From positions 12,894,050 to 12,958,049 of the forward strand of contig NC_134026.1 of assembly GCF_964204645.1 (NCBI RefSeq): a DNA stretch of 64,000 nt, read 5' to 3'. The notes under the pieces are model-generated. The model made no database searches, was not told where the DNA came from, and was given only the letters and a program-made list of their open reading frames with translations. The stretch's first letter is position 1. The number at the start of each line of letters is the position of its first letter. This DNA is from Tubulanus polymorphus. Lineage: Eukaryota > Animalia > Nemertea. The position numbers were made by a program, and so were the translations under genes. Positions 13,319-27,484 of the stretch are shown here, one piece after another.

Positions 13319-16300
13319 GTACTTATGTACCAAGTTTAGGGGAAATCGAGAATAACGAAGATACAGTATTTTTACCATTCCCTAGTGGCAGTTGAATGAA
13401 CTAATTTTGGCGGTTTGCGTACTATACTTATGTATATGCACTCACACCAGGTTTTTGTTTATGTCTATCATAAAATGACTGAATTACACGTAAGGAAACG
13501 GATGAAAGAATGAGTTTTCGAAATGTACGCACACATGCGTATTGTTTGCATACTGTTTGAATCGGGCTTAAATTTCGATGTTTAGAGGCTCACAGTGAGT
13601 AAACAGTTGAGTTCTAATTAATATTATACACAGTATTTGTCAATGCAGCGTAGTACTTGTGATACCGAATGGTTTCACCGACAGTGAAAGTAAGTTGCAG
13701 TTGTTTATATCCCTTCAGTAAGATCCAGTGTGAAAAAGAATATAATAATAATAATAATAATCGCAGGAATACAATAGGTTTCTGCGTAGGCAGCAGAAAC
13801 CCTAATAATAATAATAATAAAGCTATAAATATAGCTGCAAAAAAATATAAATAAATATAGCTGCAAAGCAGCGATAACGGGTTTCTGCCTTGCTGGATAC
13901 ACGTCGTACAAGGGTGCGTGCAAACTTTTCACCGAAAGCAGTTCACAACGTTCCCCTTTTCAAAGGAGCGCCACCTAGGGGTCAACTTATGACATGGATA
14001 TGTTGACCCACAAGGGCTACTACGCGCAAAGTACTTATGTACCAAGTTTAGGGGAAATCGAGAATAACGAAGATACAGTATTTTTACCATTCCCTAGTGG
14101 CAGTTGTATGAACTAATTTTGGCGGTTTGCGTACTATACTTATGTATCTGTACTCACACCAGGTTTTTCTTTATGTCTATCATAAAATGACTGAATTACA
14201 CGTAAGGAAACGGATGTTAGAATGAGTTTTCGAAATGTACGCCCCCTAGTGGTTAGAATAGGAACTCATTATGTGAGGGGTTCATTGTATCTCATATCCA
14301 GGTATACGTGTATCACTTTTCATAGAAATCCCTTTATCCGCTTAGTAGATATGAATAAAAATGTATTTCCAGCAAAATGTAGGTGGCGCTCCTAGAGAAC
14401 CATAAGTTACCATACATGAATACAAGTATCTTGAAAAGGGCTACTAACCTCACATCGCAACCACGTTTATATCACCAACAGTTAAGGAGATAGGAGCAAA
14501 AATCGTAGTTTTCACAGTCCCCTGGTGGCAGTTGTATGAACTAATCATGCAGGTTGGCATATTACACACATATATTTGAAATAATACCAAGTTTTGTTAT
14601 TTTCATAATAAACATACCGCATTACATGCGAAAAATGGATGCTGAGATCGATTTTTCAAAATTCAAGCCCCATAGTGGTTAAAATAGGAACTAATCATGT
14701 AAGGGGTTCGTTGCATTTAGTTACCAGGTACATGTGTATCAATTTGTATAGAAATCCATTGATAGCCTTAGTCGATATAGATGAAAATGAGTTTTCCAGC
14801 GTCTTATAGGTGGTGCTACTTGAGAACCATATGAGTTACATAGTTATACCATACAATACAAGCGCCTTGTCATGGGCTACTGGCCACTCGTTGCAACCAC
14901 GATTCTATCTCCAACGGTTAAGGAGCTAGGAGCAAAAATCTCATTAAAAAATTTGGGGGCCCATTTTCGAGCCCGTAGAGCCCAAACGGTTAATCGTAGA
15001 TAGGGCGTGCCATTGACTTTTTTAACCTCCGGGCTGTTATGAACAACTTTCGTGCTCGCCTGAAGCTGAAAAGTCAAAGACAAACAATTTTCTCACACAG
15101 TTACTTTTCGATGTCATAATTTTCAAATGTAAAACACGCCCTGGTGGGTGAACGGGGTCCCAAATCAAAGATCCCTTCGACTTACCTCAAGGTACCTGTG
15201 TTCCGTACATCTCCCGAAAGTTTCTAGTAAATCCGTCAGGGAATATTGTAATGCTAGCAGAAGAATATAGTCATCCAGGCTCTCGCGTATCGATAGCTGC
15301 ATTTATTAGCTCTATCCAGGGAAGTTACTGCAAGGATGCTATTGCTTGTACGTACGTATATGCGGCACAAACAAGGCTATAAAAATTCCTCAGTTGCGTT
15401 CACTCGAGAATGTCATATTTCAACGGCAAAACAATCGACTCGTAGAGTGATAAAAATACTTTTTACTACTGATCTAGAACAGGGCTCTCTATGACTGCAT
15501 ATACGGATACGCACTCAAATACACGTACTGCGGCACTGTGGGAATAAGACACGTAGGCAATACACATACGTAGATGGATACTGTTTGAATCGGGCTTAAA
15601 TTTCGATGTTTAGAGGCTCACAGTGAGTAAACAGTGGCATTCTGATTAATATTATATACAGCATTTGTCAATGCAGCATAGTACTTGTGATACAGAATGG
15701 TTTCGCCGACAGTGAAAGTAAGTTGCATTTGTTTTTATCCTTTCAGTAAGATCCAGTGTGAAAAAGAATATAATAATAATAATAAATATAGCTGCAAAGC
15801 AGCGATAACGGGTTTCTGCCTTGCTGGATACAATGTCGTACAAGGGTGCGTGCAAACATTTCACCGAAAGCAGTTCATAACGTTCCCCTTTTTAAAGGAG
15901 CGCCACCTAGGGGTCAACTTATGACATGGATATGTTGACCCACAAGGGCTACTATGTGCACATTGCAACCTCGATTCTATCGCACACGGTTAAGGACCTA
16001 GGAGCAAAAATCATTGTTTTCAAGGTCCCCTGGTGCCAGTTGTATCAACTAATTATGCAGGATGGCATATTATACATGTCTTTGTACTTATACCAAGTTT
16101 TGTGATTTTCATAATAAACAGACCGCATTAAATGCGAAAAATGGATTCTGAAATCGATTTTTCAAAATTTACGCCCCCTAGTGGTTAAAATGGGAACTAA
16201 TCATATAAGGGGTTCGTTTCGTTTAGTAACCAGGTACATGTGTATCAATTTTTAAAGAAATCCATTACTACCCTTAGTCGATATAGATGAAAATGCGTAT

Positions 16301-17570
16301 TCCAGCGTCTTATAGGTGGCGCTACTGGAGAACCATATGAGTTACATAGTTATACCATACATCAATAAAAGCGTCTTCGCAAGGGCTACTGATCACTCGT
16401 TGCAACCACGGTTCTATCTCCAACGGTTAAGGAGCTAGGAGCAAAAGTCTCATTAAAAAATTTGGGGGCCCATTTTCGAGCCCGTAGAGACAAACGGTTA
16501 ATCGTAGATAGGGCGTGCCATTCACTTTTTTAGCCTCCGAGCTGTTATGAACAACTTTCGTGCTCACCCGAAGCTGAAAAATCAAAGACAAAAAATTTTC
16601 TCACAGTAACTTTTCGATGTCATAATTTTCAAATGTAAAACACGCCCTGGTGGGTGAACGGGGTCCCAAATCAAAGATCCCTTCGACTTACCTCAAGGTA
16701 CCTGTGTTCCGTACATCTCACGAAAGTTTCAAGTAAATCCGTCAAGGAATATTGTAATGCTAGCAGAAGAATAAAGTCATCCAGGCTCTCGCGTATCGAT
16801 AGCTGCATTCATTAGCTCTATCCAGGGAAGTAACTGCAAGGATGCTATTGCTTGTACGTACGTATATGCGGCACAAACAAGGCTATGAAAATTCCTCGGT
16901 TGCCTTCACTCGAGATTGTCCTATTTCAACGGCAAAACAATCGACTCATAGAGTGATAAAAATACTTTTTACTACTGATCTAGAACAGGGCTCTCTATCA
17001 CTGCATATACGGATACGCACTCAAATACACGTACTGCGGTATTGTGGGAATAAGACACGTAGGCAATACACATACGTAGATGGATACTGTTTGAATCGGG
17101 CTTAAATTTCGATGTTTAGAGGCTCACAGTGAGTAAACAGTGGCATTCTGATTAATATTATATACAGTATTTGTCAATGCAGCATAGTACTTGTGATACA
17201 GAATGGTTTCGCCGACAGTGAAAGTAAGTTGCAGTTGTTTTTATCCTTCCAGTAAGATCCAGTGTGAAAAAGAATATAATAATAATAATAATAATAATAA
17301 TCAGCAGGAATACAATAGGGTTTCTGCGAAGGCAGCAGAAACCCTAATAATAATAATCAGCAGGAATACAATAGGGTTTCTGCGAAGGCAGCAGAAACCC
17401 TAAATATAGCTGCAAAGCAGCGATAACGGGTTTCTGCCTTGCTGGATGAGGAGCGCCACCTAGGGGTCAGCTGATAACATGGCTATGTTGATTCACATGG
17501 GATACTACGCGAAAAGTTCTAATGTACCAAGGTTCTATAAAGATTGGTCCAGAAACAGTTTTCTCATTAG
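13319..17570 (-). mobile_element. Head-to-tail array of non-autonomous Helentron-type elements (units ~13319-13804, 13853-15783, 15784-17401, truncated 17402-17570)
   Basis: Repeated 3' ends (minus strand CCCGTTATCGCTGCTTTGCAGCTATATTT with hairpin) at 13853, 15784 and 17402. 5' ends TTAGGGTTTCTGC..GCAGAAACCCTATTG with (ATT)n at ~13800 and 17340-17400. Long shared interiors. Confidence 0.7.
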
Positions 17571-18524
17571 ATGATTATAATTTATTTATGCATTACAAAG
17601 ATTTATGGTTAACTAAAGAAAATAGAAATAATATGATATTTCAAGGCATCCAATCAGAAAACCAAAATAAATTAAGATCATAAGCTAATAATGCAGTAGT
17701 AACTAATGACGTAGATAATTTGATTAAAAAGATTTATTGAAGCAAATATAGAATTCCATTAGACTTTGAATTGATGAATAATAATGCACATTTATATAAA
17801 TATGCAATTCAAGAAGATATTATATTTGAGATAACATTTGCTCCTGTTAATGAAATTTTAATATCAAGTATAATTAAAGATATGGGTTATAAATTATCGA
17901 ATATATGTTTAGAATATGATACAGTAACCGATGAAAATATTTCAAGTATAATTCAAACACAATACAATCAAGGATTTTCATTATTATATGATTATATTGA
18001 TAAATTTAAAACTGTAACTATTAATGCACATGATGAAATAATTAATGAGAATATTAACTTCCCAAGAAGAAATATCAAAGGTATATTAATATTTTTTTAC
18101 CATTGCAACATATTCTAATGGTGCAATACAAGTTGATAAGTATTATAATCCTGAAATAACAAAGGTAGAAATAACTATCGAAGGTATAGCAAATAAAATA
18201 TTTTGTCAAGGAATGAGAATGATCGATTAGTGGCCAGAAATTAGAAAACATTTTATGAATGGAAAAGTAAAATCATCTGAAAATTGTAATATTAATCAAA
18301 TTGATTATTATACCGGTAATAAATATGCATTATGGTTAGATTTTAGAACAACAGAGGATAATTCATTACATGGTTCTGGAAAAAAACTACAGAATACTAA
18401 AGATTGGATACAATTATTCATGGCAATGAAAAAAGGAAGCTTAAATTTCAAAATGCACATTTATATTATATCTGAAGCGCAATTAAATATTGTAAATTCT
18501 CAATTAGATAGTATTCAATATTAG
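17570..18524 (+). pseudogene. Polinton/adintovirus major capsid protein, 5'-truncated and disrupted
   Basis: Peptides YKDLWLTK..FQGIQ, YRIPLDFEL, YKLSNICLEYDTVT, NPEITKVEITIEG and KYALWLDFRTTEDNSLHGSG resemble Polinton capsids. Directly upstream of the integrase and ATPase. Contains in-frame stops and a frameshift. Confidence 0.65.
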
Positions 18525-18554
18525 AAATATAAAGTTAAAATTAACGATATATAA

Positions 18555-19670
18555 ATGGGCGGTAAAAAAACTCCTAATACTAAAGAACAATATTCAAGAA
18601 ATTTATATTACAACCCTGAGAGTTCGGTTGCTTATTCTTCTGTAAAAAATATATGGCGTCAAGTAAAACAAGATGAATTAGATAAGATAATCCCACAAAA
18701 TTTAGTTAAATATAAAGATATAAATGAATTTATGTTAGAACAACCAACATATACAACACATAAAATAATTGTTAGAAAATATAAAACTCGTAAAACTATG
18801 GTAAGTTATGTAAATCAACAGTGGCAAGGAGATTTAATTGATATGAAAAATGTTAAGAAAGATTGGTGGATATTGAATATAATTGATATTTTTAGTCGTT
18901 ATGTATGGAGCTTCCCACTTTATAGAAAATATGCTGTACAAACATCAAATGTTTTAAGAAAATTTCTTTCGGATGATAAACTAAAACCAAAAAAAATACA
19001 ATTTGATGATGGAAAAGAATTTGATAATTCACTTGTTCATGAACTCTTAGATAATCATAATATTAAATATTTTTCAACAAAATCGGATAAAAAAGCAGCA
19101 GTTGTTGAACGATTTAATACAACATTAAGAACAAGAATGTGGAAATATTTTACAGCAAATAATACTTTTAAATGGATTGATGTTTTACCAAAATTGATAG
19201 AAGGTTATAATAATTCTTATCATTCTTCTATTGGAATGAAACCTATTGATGCTAGAAAACCTGAAAATGCAGAAATTGTTTGGAATAACTTGTATGGGGC
19301 ATTTCTTGTAGATGATTTTGGTGAACCTAAATTTAAAGTTGGTCAAAATGTTAGAATTTCTAAGTATAAAAAGATATTTGACAAAGGATACGATCGAAAT
19401 TTTACTAGGGAAATATATAAAATAAAAAAGGTAATAATAACAAAACCATATGTCTATAAATTATAAGATTTAAATGGTGAAGAAGTTGATGGGTATTTTT
19501 ATGAAGAAGAATTAAGTTTAAATACTGAAAATCTAGAACAAGAATATAAAATTGAAAAAGTATTAAAAACATAAACTATTAAAAGAAAAAAATATTCTTT
19601 AGTAAAATGGGTTGGATGGCCAGATAAATTTAATGAATGGATATTATCAAGTAAAATTAAAAATATATAA
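18555..19670 (+). pseudogene. Polinton retroviral-like (rve) integrase with C-terminal chromodomain
   Basis: WQGDLIDM, IDIFSRY, QFDDGKEF and KAAVVERFN give the DDE triad. After a premature TAA at 19466 the frame continues DLNGEEVDGYFYEEEL...YSLVKWVGWPDKFNEWI (chromodomain). Confidence 0.92.
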
Positions 19671-21608
<1,938 letters not shown>

Positions 21609-21620
21609 AAGCCCCCCACC
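21609..21620 (-). promoter_or_regulatory. Polypurine tract
   Basis: Minus strand GGTGGGGGGCTT immediately precedes the 3' LTR. Confidence 0.8.
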
Positions 21621-21727
21621 AGCCCTGAACGTCCTCGTTCAGACGAGGCGACATAACAAAACATACATGTTATACAATATAGAAAACATACAGGTTATAC
21701 AATATATGTGAGGGAAACGACGACAGT

Positions 21728-22597
21728 TCACGATACCAATTTTTGAATCATAGCGCTTTTCATCTCGTCTTGAATTTCGCAAAACTTGCAGGTGAATTTG
21801 TCTCCAGGCAAACCTTCTATTGAAATGACTCCGCCCCAGAGCTCATGACGATGGATAATGCGGAATGGTTTCCGAGGGTCGCTAACAGGTTCCGAAGGCT
21901 CGAGCGGTATCAGTTTGGGATAACTTTGCTTGGTCGCTGGAGCTTCTTCCGGTTGGTGAAGCTCAGGAAAAATTTTAAAAAGAGTGTCGTCGGCCATATC
22001 ATCTAAAGTTAAAATTGGCATGTCGAGCGTATCTACGAGCGGCGGATCTCGCGTGATAATTTTGCGGGCCGGATCTTCTAATGATACATTAACGGTCGCC
22101 TCCGAAACGCAACTTGTCGACGGGTTACAGACAATTTCGTTCGATTCCACGACGGACGGCGGTATGTTCTCACAATCGAGAAACGGCGTTGGTTTCTCAG
22201 CGGTCGACATCGTAGTATCGATATTTTCGGCGATCGCGATGGTCGATTGTAACAGAGGCGGCTTCGACTCTTGATTTTTGATCAAACGGATGAGTCCGGT
22301 ATACTTCTTCTTGTTTGATATGAACATCGCCTCATGTTCTTTTTCGATATGAGTCATAATGACTTCTCGATCCTCCGAGCCGACAGCGCACATCATGCAA
22401 CGATAAAATCGTGCATAAGCATATTTCGATTCGCCGAATCGGTTCTTATACGCCTCGCAGTGTAGGAAGTGTCGTTCCCTCTTGTATTTTCGAGAGAATT
22501 TGTGCTGACAATACCGACAGTACCATTGGCCGTCTTTTCTCGCGCCAGCACGGCGCCCCTTCGATATACACGACAACGTCTGATGATCTACCTTCAT
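21728..22597 (-). CDS. Gypsy ORF3: tandem zinc-finger protein in the env position
   Basis: Open frame with WYCRYC-x12-H-x3-C and YRCMMC-x12-H-x4-H fingers and an acidic, Pro-rich tail. First ATG at 22597 is preceded by a splice-acceptor-like TTTTTATTACTTCATTGTAG. Confidence 0.75.
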   Translation of the reverse strand: MKVDHQTLSCISKGRRAGARKDGQWYCRYCQHKFSRKYKRERHFLHCEAYKNRFGESKYAYARFYRCMMCAVGSEDREVIMTHIEKEHEAMFISNKKKYTGLIRLIKNQESKPPLLQSTIAIAENIDTTMSTAEKPTPFLDCENIPPSVVESNEIVCNPSTSCVSEATVNVSLEDPARKIITRDPPLVDTLDMPILTLDDMADDTLFKIFPELHQPEEAPATKQSYPKLIPLEPSEPVSDPRKPFRIIHRHELWGGVISIEGLPGDKFTCKFCEIQDEMKSAMIQKLVS

Positions 22598-22649
22598 ACT
22601 ACAATGAAGTAATAAAAACACAGTTTTTAATTATGCGACATCGGTTTCG

Positions 22650-25600
22650 TCAGTCCCAACCTAAACGTCGTGGTGGGAATACAGGGCGCCCAGTGCGGGT
22701 CTGATAAGGCTGCGACTCTGTAACATCGGGGCCATCTTCAGATAAAAGAGGGTTTACATCACATCGGCTCAACATATAGGTCTTGAGCCTATCACCATGT
22801 ACGCATTTCTCTTTCCCGGAGGGAAGTTTGATGCGGAAAATAACATCGTTAAAGTTTTCTAAGACGTTACACGGGCCTGACCACAAGCACGACAGCTTCT
22901 TAGATTTGCCCGATGGAACAGCAGGGGTGTACAACCAGACAGTAGAACCTATTGGAAACTTCGGTAATTGAGATTTAATGTCGTATTGAATTTTATTTCT
23001 TTTAGCACGTTTAAGAGTTTGGTTGCGGACTTCGTGAAATGACTCGGAAAAACGGTGTTTCATCTCTATGACATATTGACTACTCAAGACAGGAATTTCG
23101 CTGCGAGGGCCGCCAGTGATTACGTCAATGGGTAAGTCTACCTCGCGACCTAACATCAATCGGTTAGGACTGAACCCAGTTGCATCGTGTACGGTAGCCC
23201 TGTATGCCATTGTGACATAGGGCAGATGTTGGTCCCAGTCCCTCTGATTTTCCTCAACTTTGATGGATAAACACATTAGCAACGTCCGATTATAGCGTTC
23301 AATCATTCCGTTTGACTGCGGACGAAACGCTGTGCTCCTGGTCTTGTGTATCTGAAGTAATTCGCAGACTTCTGCCATTAATTTGGACTGAAAATTTCGT
23401 CCCTGGTCTGAGTGTATGATCCTTGGAACGCCGAACCGAGCAACAAATTCGTCTACAAGTTTCCGAGCGCAAGTTATTGCTTCCAGGTTGGGAATTGCAT
23501 ATGCCTCGACCCATTTCGTAAAATAGTCGCCGACTACAAGTACGTATAAGTTTCCATCGTATGTTTCAGGCAATGGACCTAATATGTCCATCGAGACTCT
23601 TTCCATAGGCTGGCCTACGAGGTAATTATTCATGGGTGCCTTCTGTCTATTTGAGGGTTTCTTTGAAGCGCATTTATCGCAGAGTTTACAAAAATTCTTC
23701 ACGTCGTCATGGATACCGTACCAAAAGAAACGGTCGTGTACCAAAAAGAGAGTCTTTTTGACACCGAAATGTCCCCCGACTGAAGATGAGTGGATATGAA
23801 CAAGAACTTGTTTCCTGAACGTCTCAGGTAAGATTAATAAAGTAGAGTCAGGGTAACCCTTTCTTCTCTTGATAATATATATGAGCCCCTCAATCATCTT
23901 CAGATCGTTCCAGTGGGTCCAATAAAATTTGCAGGCAACACCCTGTGAGGAAACTTGGTGCCATTTAGGCCGTTTGTCGTCGTCGACGTGTGTGAGGATC
24001 CACTCCAAGTCTCTCTCTTTCCTTTGTTCTTCTTTCATATTTTCGAGTGACCACTCAGTCGACGGTAAGAACTCGCTGTAGGAATAAGGCATGTCGTTGT
24101 GAATTGTCATTTTCTTAACTACTCGATTCCTTACAGATGCTGGTGTTTGTTTTTCAGAACAGATTCCATCGATCCTCTCGCACTGACGACAGGGCATGCG
24201 CGATAGAGCATCCGCGTTACCATGGCTTCGACCCGGTCGGTGTATGATGTCGAACTGATATACACTCAATAGAGATATCCAGCGAGCTACTTGTCCTTCG
24301 GGTTCTTTGAACGACATAAGCCATCTCAAGGACGAATGGTCGGTCCGGATAGTGAATTTCTTGTCAGCGAGGTAATATTTGAACTGTTTTACAAAGGCTA
24401 CGACAGCTAAAAGCTCTCTGCGGGTTACGCAATAGTTCCTCTCGGCCTTTGTCAAACAACGACTGGCACAGGCGATAATTCTTTCTTTTCCCTCTTGGAC
24501 CTGGCTAACGACGCCTCCGATCGAAAATGCAGATGCATCGGTGTCAAGAATAAAAGGTAAACTTGGATCGGGGAAAGCCAGAACTGGTGAGTGGGTCAAA
24601 ATCGACTTCAGCTCGCGGAAAGCTTCTTCGCATTGAGCATCCCATTTGAATTCTCTCCCCTTTTCCGTCAGACGATGAAGCGGTTTTGCAGTTTCAGCAA
24701 ACCCTTGACAAAACGACCGATAATACGATGCTAAACCGAGGAAAGATCGAGTCTCTGTAACATTCTTAGGAGTGGGCCAATTCTGGATTATTTCGATTTT
24801 GTTTTCCGAACATGATATGCCATCAGCGGATATGTGGTGCCCAAGAAAATGGACTGATGTTCTAAACAGCTCACATTTCTTAGGTTTTAATTTTAGGTTC
24901 GCCTGTCGCAGACGATTGAAGACAGTACGCAGGTTGGTCATCATCCCAAGGAAACTGCCCGCATGAACAATAACGTCGTCCAGGTAAACTAAAGCAATTT
25001 CCGGAATAAGACTTCTGAATACCTTTTCCATCAGCCTTTGAAATGTAGCACCACTATTCTTCAAGCCCATGGGCATCTTACGGAATTGATATAGGCCTTT
25101 CCCGCCCACAACGAAAGCTGTCTTTTCCTTAGAGTCTTCGTGAACCTTCACCTGCCAGTACCCTGATGCTAAATCGAGGGTACTGAGGTACTTCACGTCA
25201 GCTAGCGATCTGATAGTGTCGTTAATAAGGGGTAAAGGATAGCTATCTGCCTTGGTTAAAGCATTGACATCACGATAATCTAAACACAGTCGAATACTAT
25301 TATCTGGCTTACGAACCACAACAATACTGCTGCACCATGGACTATCAGATTCTTCAATTACGTGTGCTTTCAGCATGTCATCGACTAACTTATTAACTTC
25401 TTCTTGTGTTGCAAGGGGCAACCGCCGAAAGCGTTGTTTTGTCGGAACAGCGTTACCTACGTTGATGACGTGAGAAGTCTCCGAGGCTTCTCCAAGATCT
25501 AGGCTGGAGGAGGCGAAAACATCCGAATATTCAGATAATAGGTGTTTCACATCTCGACATTCTTCGGCGGACAGACCTTCACAACTCCGGTGGTACAAAT

Positions 25601-26444
25601 CTCTCAGAAATTCAGGTAATTGGTCATTCGACTTCGACGCATCTGATGTATTAGTTTCCGTATATATTTTCGAAATTTGTCCAATTACCCCTAAGGGTGT
25701 CCCCTTATGGATAATCTTCGGATGCGAACTAAGGTTCACCATTCGAACAGGAATACGACTACTATTTATATTTACAACCTCTTTGGCGACCAGTACTTCC
25801 GGTCCTAGCCTCCAGTTGTTACTAGATTCTATTAAACCCCATTGTCCAGGTGGTAATGTCGTCTTTACGTGACCCGACACCATGACTTCAGAATTCGGAG
25901 GTAAGACTATTTTCTCATCGTTACGTACATAGGCAGAATTCCGTTCGAGCTGGCCCGTCGGAATAGAAAAAGCTTGATTCCCTCGGCATGTCACAGTGCC
26001 GGTACCCGGATGGATATGGCAGTCATATGCGGTAAGGAAATCCATCCCTAGAATAGCATCATCTGTGATGTCAGCGACTATCACGTCCCACATTATATCA
26101 GAAGAAAAGAGACCTAACGGAACTCTAGCCGTCCCTGCGACATCCAGGGGGCTATTATCAGCAGTATATAAATTATACTTTGTCTTCTTCAAGGTGAGTT
26201 TCTTCTTTAGATTGATTTCAGAAAATAATTTCTTACTCCACACTGTGAAGTGGGCGCCCGTATCTACTAAATACTTTGTGTCACGACCGAGAATTCTTGC
26301 AGATAAATGTATAGTTTCAGGTAAGATGTTCTCATATGAAAGAACCTTGATCTTTCCTGACTGATTAGATTTGATAGGTAGGTGAGGATGTGTCTGTCCG
26401 GGTGTTACCCCTTCCCTCTCAGGAGTAACAGCATCTAGTTTCCC
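22650..26444 (-). CDS. pol: Gypsy Pol polyprotein (protease, RT, RNase H, integrase)
   Basis: Uninterrupted ORF 22650-26522 with LVDTGA, LDLASGYWQV, YLDD, DTDAS, HHCC zinc finger and SDQG..GMIER integrase motifs. Probably entered by -1 frameshift at GGGAAAC (26444-26438). Confidence 0.97.
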   Translation of the reverse strand, partial: GKLDAVTPEREGVTPGQTHPHLPIKSNQSGKIKVLSYENILPETIHLSARILGRDTKYLVDTGAHFTVWSKKLFSEINLKKKLTLKKTKYNLYTADNSPLDVAGTARVPLGLFSSDIMWDVIVADITDDAILGMDFLTAYDCHIHPGTGTVTCRGNQAFSIPTGQLERNSAYVRNDEKIVLPPNSEVMVSGHVKTTLPPGQWGLIESSNNWRLGPEVLVAKEVVNINSSRIPVRMVNLSSHPKIIHKGTPLGVIGQISKIYTETNTSDASKSNDQLPEFLRDLYHRSCEGLSAEECRDVKHLLSEYSDVFASSSLDLGEASETSHVINVGNAVPTKQRFRRLPLATQEEVNKLVDDMLKAHVIEESDSPWCSSIVVVRKPDNSIRLCLDYRDVNALTKADSYPLPLINDTIRSLADVKYLSTLDLASGYWQVKVHEDSKEKTAFVVGGKGLYQFRKMPMGLKNSGATFQRLMEKVFRSLIPEIALVYLDDVIVHAGSFLGMMTNLRTVFNRLRQANLKLKPKKCELFRTSVHFLGHHISADGISCSENKIEIIQNWPTPKNVTETRSFLGLASYYRSFCQGFAETAKPLHRLTEKGREFKWDAQCEEAFRELKSILTHSPVLAFPDPSLPFILDTDASAFSIGGVVSQVQEGKERIIACASRCLTKAERNYCVTRRELLAVVAFVKQFKYYLADKKFTIRTDHSSLRWLMSFKEPEGQVARWISLLSVYQFDIIHRPGRSHGNADALSRMPCRQCERIDGICSEKQTPASVRNRVVKKMTIHNDMPYSYSEFLPSTEWSLENMKEEQRKERDLEWILTHVDDDKRPKWHQVSSQGVACKFYWTHWNDLKMIEGLIYIIKRRKGYPDSTLLILPETFRKQVLVHIHSSSVGGHFGVKKTLFLVHDRFFWYGIHDDVKNFCKLCDKCASKKPSNRQKAPMNNYLVGQPMERVSMDILGPLPETYDGNLYVLVVGDYFTKWVEAYAIPNLEAITCARKLVDEFVARFGVPRIIHSDQGRNFQSKLMAEVCELLQIHKTRSTAFRPQSNGMIERYNRTLLMCLSIKVEENQRDWDQHLPYVTMAYRATVHDATGFSPNRLMLGREVDLPIDVITGGPRSEIPVLSSQYVIEMKHRFSESFHEVRNQTLKRAKRNKIQYDIKSQLPKFPIGSTVWLYTPAVPSGKSKKLSCLWSGPCNVLENFNDVIFRIKLPSGKEKCVHGDRLKTYMLSRCDVNPLLSEDGPDVTESQPYQTRTGRPVFPPRRLGWD

Positions 26445-27484
26445 TGCTTCTTCGCGTAATTCGGCTTGGGTTGTTCCCACGGTCTGTTGGGAGCCTGTCT
26501 TCGACCTCCGAGGAGGGGACAATTAATTCGGATGTGGCCTTGTTGGTCGCAGTTAAAACATCTTCGATTTTCTACAGAGGTCGGGTTCTGAGTTTTAATA
26601 GCCCGGACGTCGGCGGCCAACCGGGTAACAGCATCCGTCAGTTGTCGGATAGCCCTGGAATCTTCAGAGTTCGCAGCAGGCGTTGAGGCGACCGCGTTTA
26701 TTTGCGACTTGAAGTTCTCATGGTTACGAATGTTTTCCATTGCGTGAATGCTTTCTAATTCAAGTGCGTAGTTTACAAGTGCATCAAATGAGCATGTATC
26801 CTTCTGATACATGAGAATCCGGGTCTCGACTTCTGGGAGGGCTTCGATGAAATGGTTCCGACAGAGGCGTTCCCTCTGTTTTGGGGTCAAGTCAGGATAA
26901 GCTAGTCTTCCCATAGAAATGATCGTCTGACCAAGTTCCTTCAGTGATTCGCCTCGTTTGCGTCGACGAGATCGTAATTCGGCAAGGTGAATCTCTGCTC
27001 TATGACTCGGTCCGAATCTGCTCTCCAGGGCTGTACATAATTGGAAATAATTCGTTATCTCATCGCTTGTCAAATTGCAAGCCAACTGCCTTGCAGCGCC
27101 ACGTAGGTGTGAAAATAACATGTCAGCTTTGGTCTGCGAGTCCCATCCATTCAGACGAGACACCGTCTCGAAAGTTACTAAGTAATCATTCCATGGTTCA
27201 TCACCATTGTAACACTCAGGTTTCATTTTACAGGTCAAGATACGGGACATCTGACCTGAAACATCAGTGCGGGAAGATCGAGACCCATTCATCACAACAG
27301 GTCGAGGAAACTCATCAATGACTGGAGCATCAGCGGGTCTAGGGACCCCGGCGTCAGGATAGTCTCCAGAACTTCGGTTTACGAACTCAGCAGGCGACAA
27401 AGCTCGTTCTCCTACGACTAAACTCTCGGAGCTACGACTCCGAGTAACACTTCTAGACATCCCACGAGTTTCACGACGACTCAT
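26435..27484 (-). CDS. gag: Gypsy Gag
   Basis: 349-aa ORF with a capsid-like region (KPECYNGDEPW) and CCHC knuckle CFNCDQQGHIRINC; overlaps pol. Confidence 0.93.
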   Translation of the reverse strand: MSRRETRGMSRSVTRSRSSESLVVGERALSPAEFVNRSSGDYPDAGVPRPADAPVIDEFPRPVVMNGSRSSRTDVSGQMSRILTCKMKPECYNGDEPWNDYLVTFETVSRLNGWDSQTKADMLFSHLRGAARQLACNLTSDEITNYFQLCTALESRFGPSHRAEIHLAELRSRRRKRGESLKELGQTIISMGRLAYPDLTPKQRERLCRNHFIEALPEVETRILMYQKDTCSFDALVNYALELESIHAMENIRNHENFKSQINAVASTPAANSEDSRAIRQLTDAVTRLAADVRAIKTQNPTSVENRRCFNCDQQGHIRINCPLLGGRRQAPNRPWEQPKPNYAKKQGN

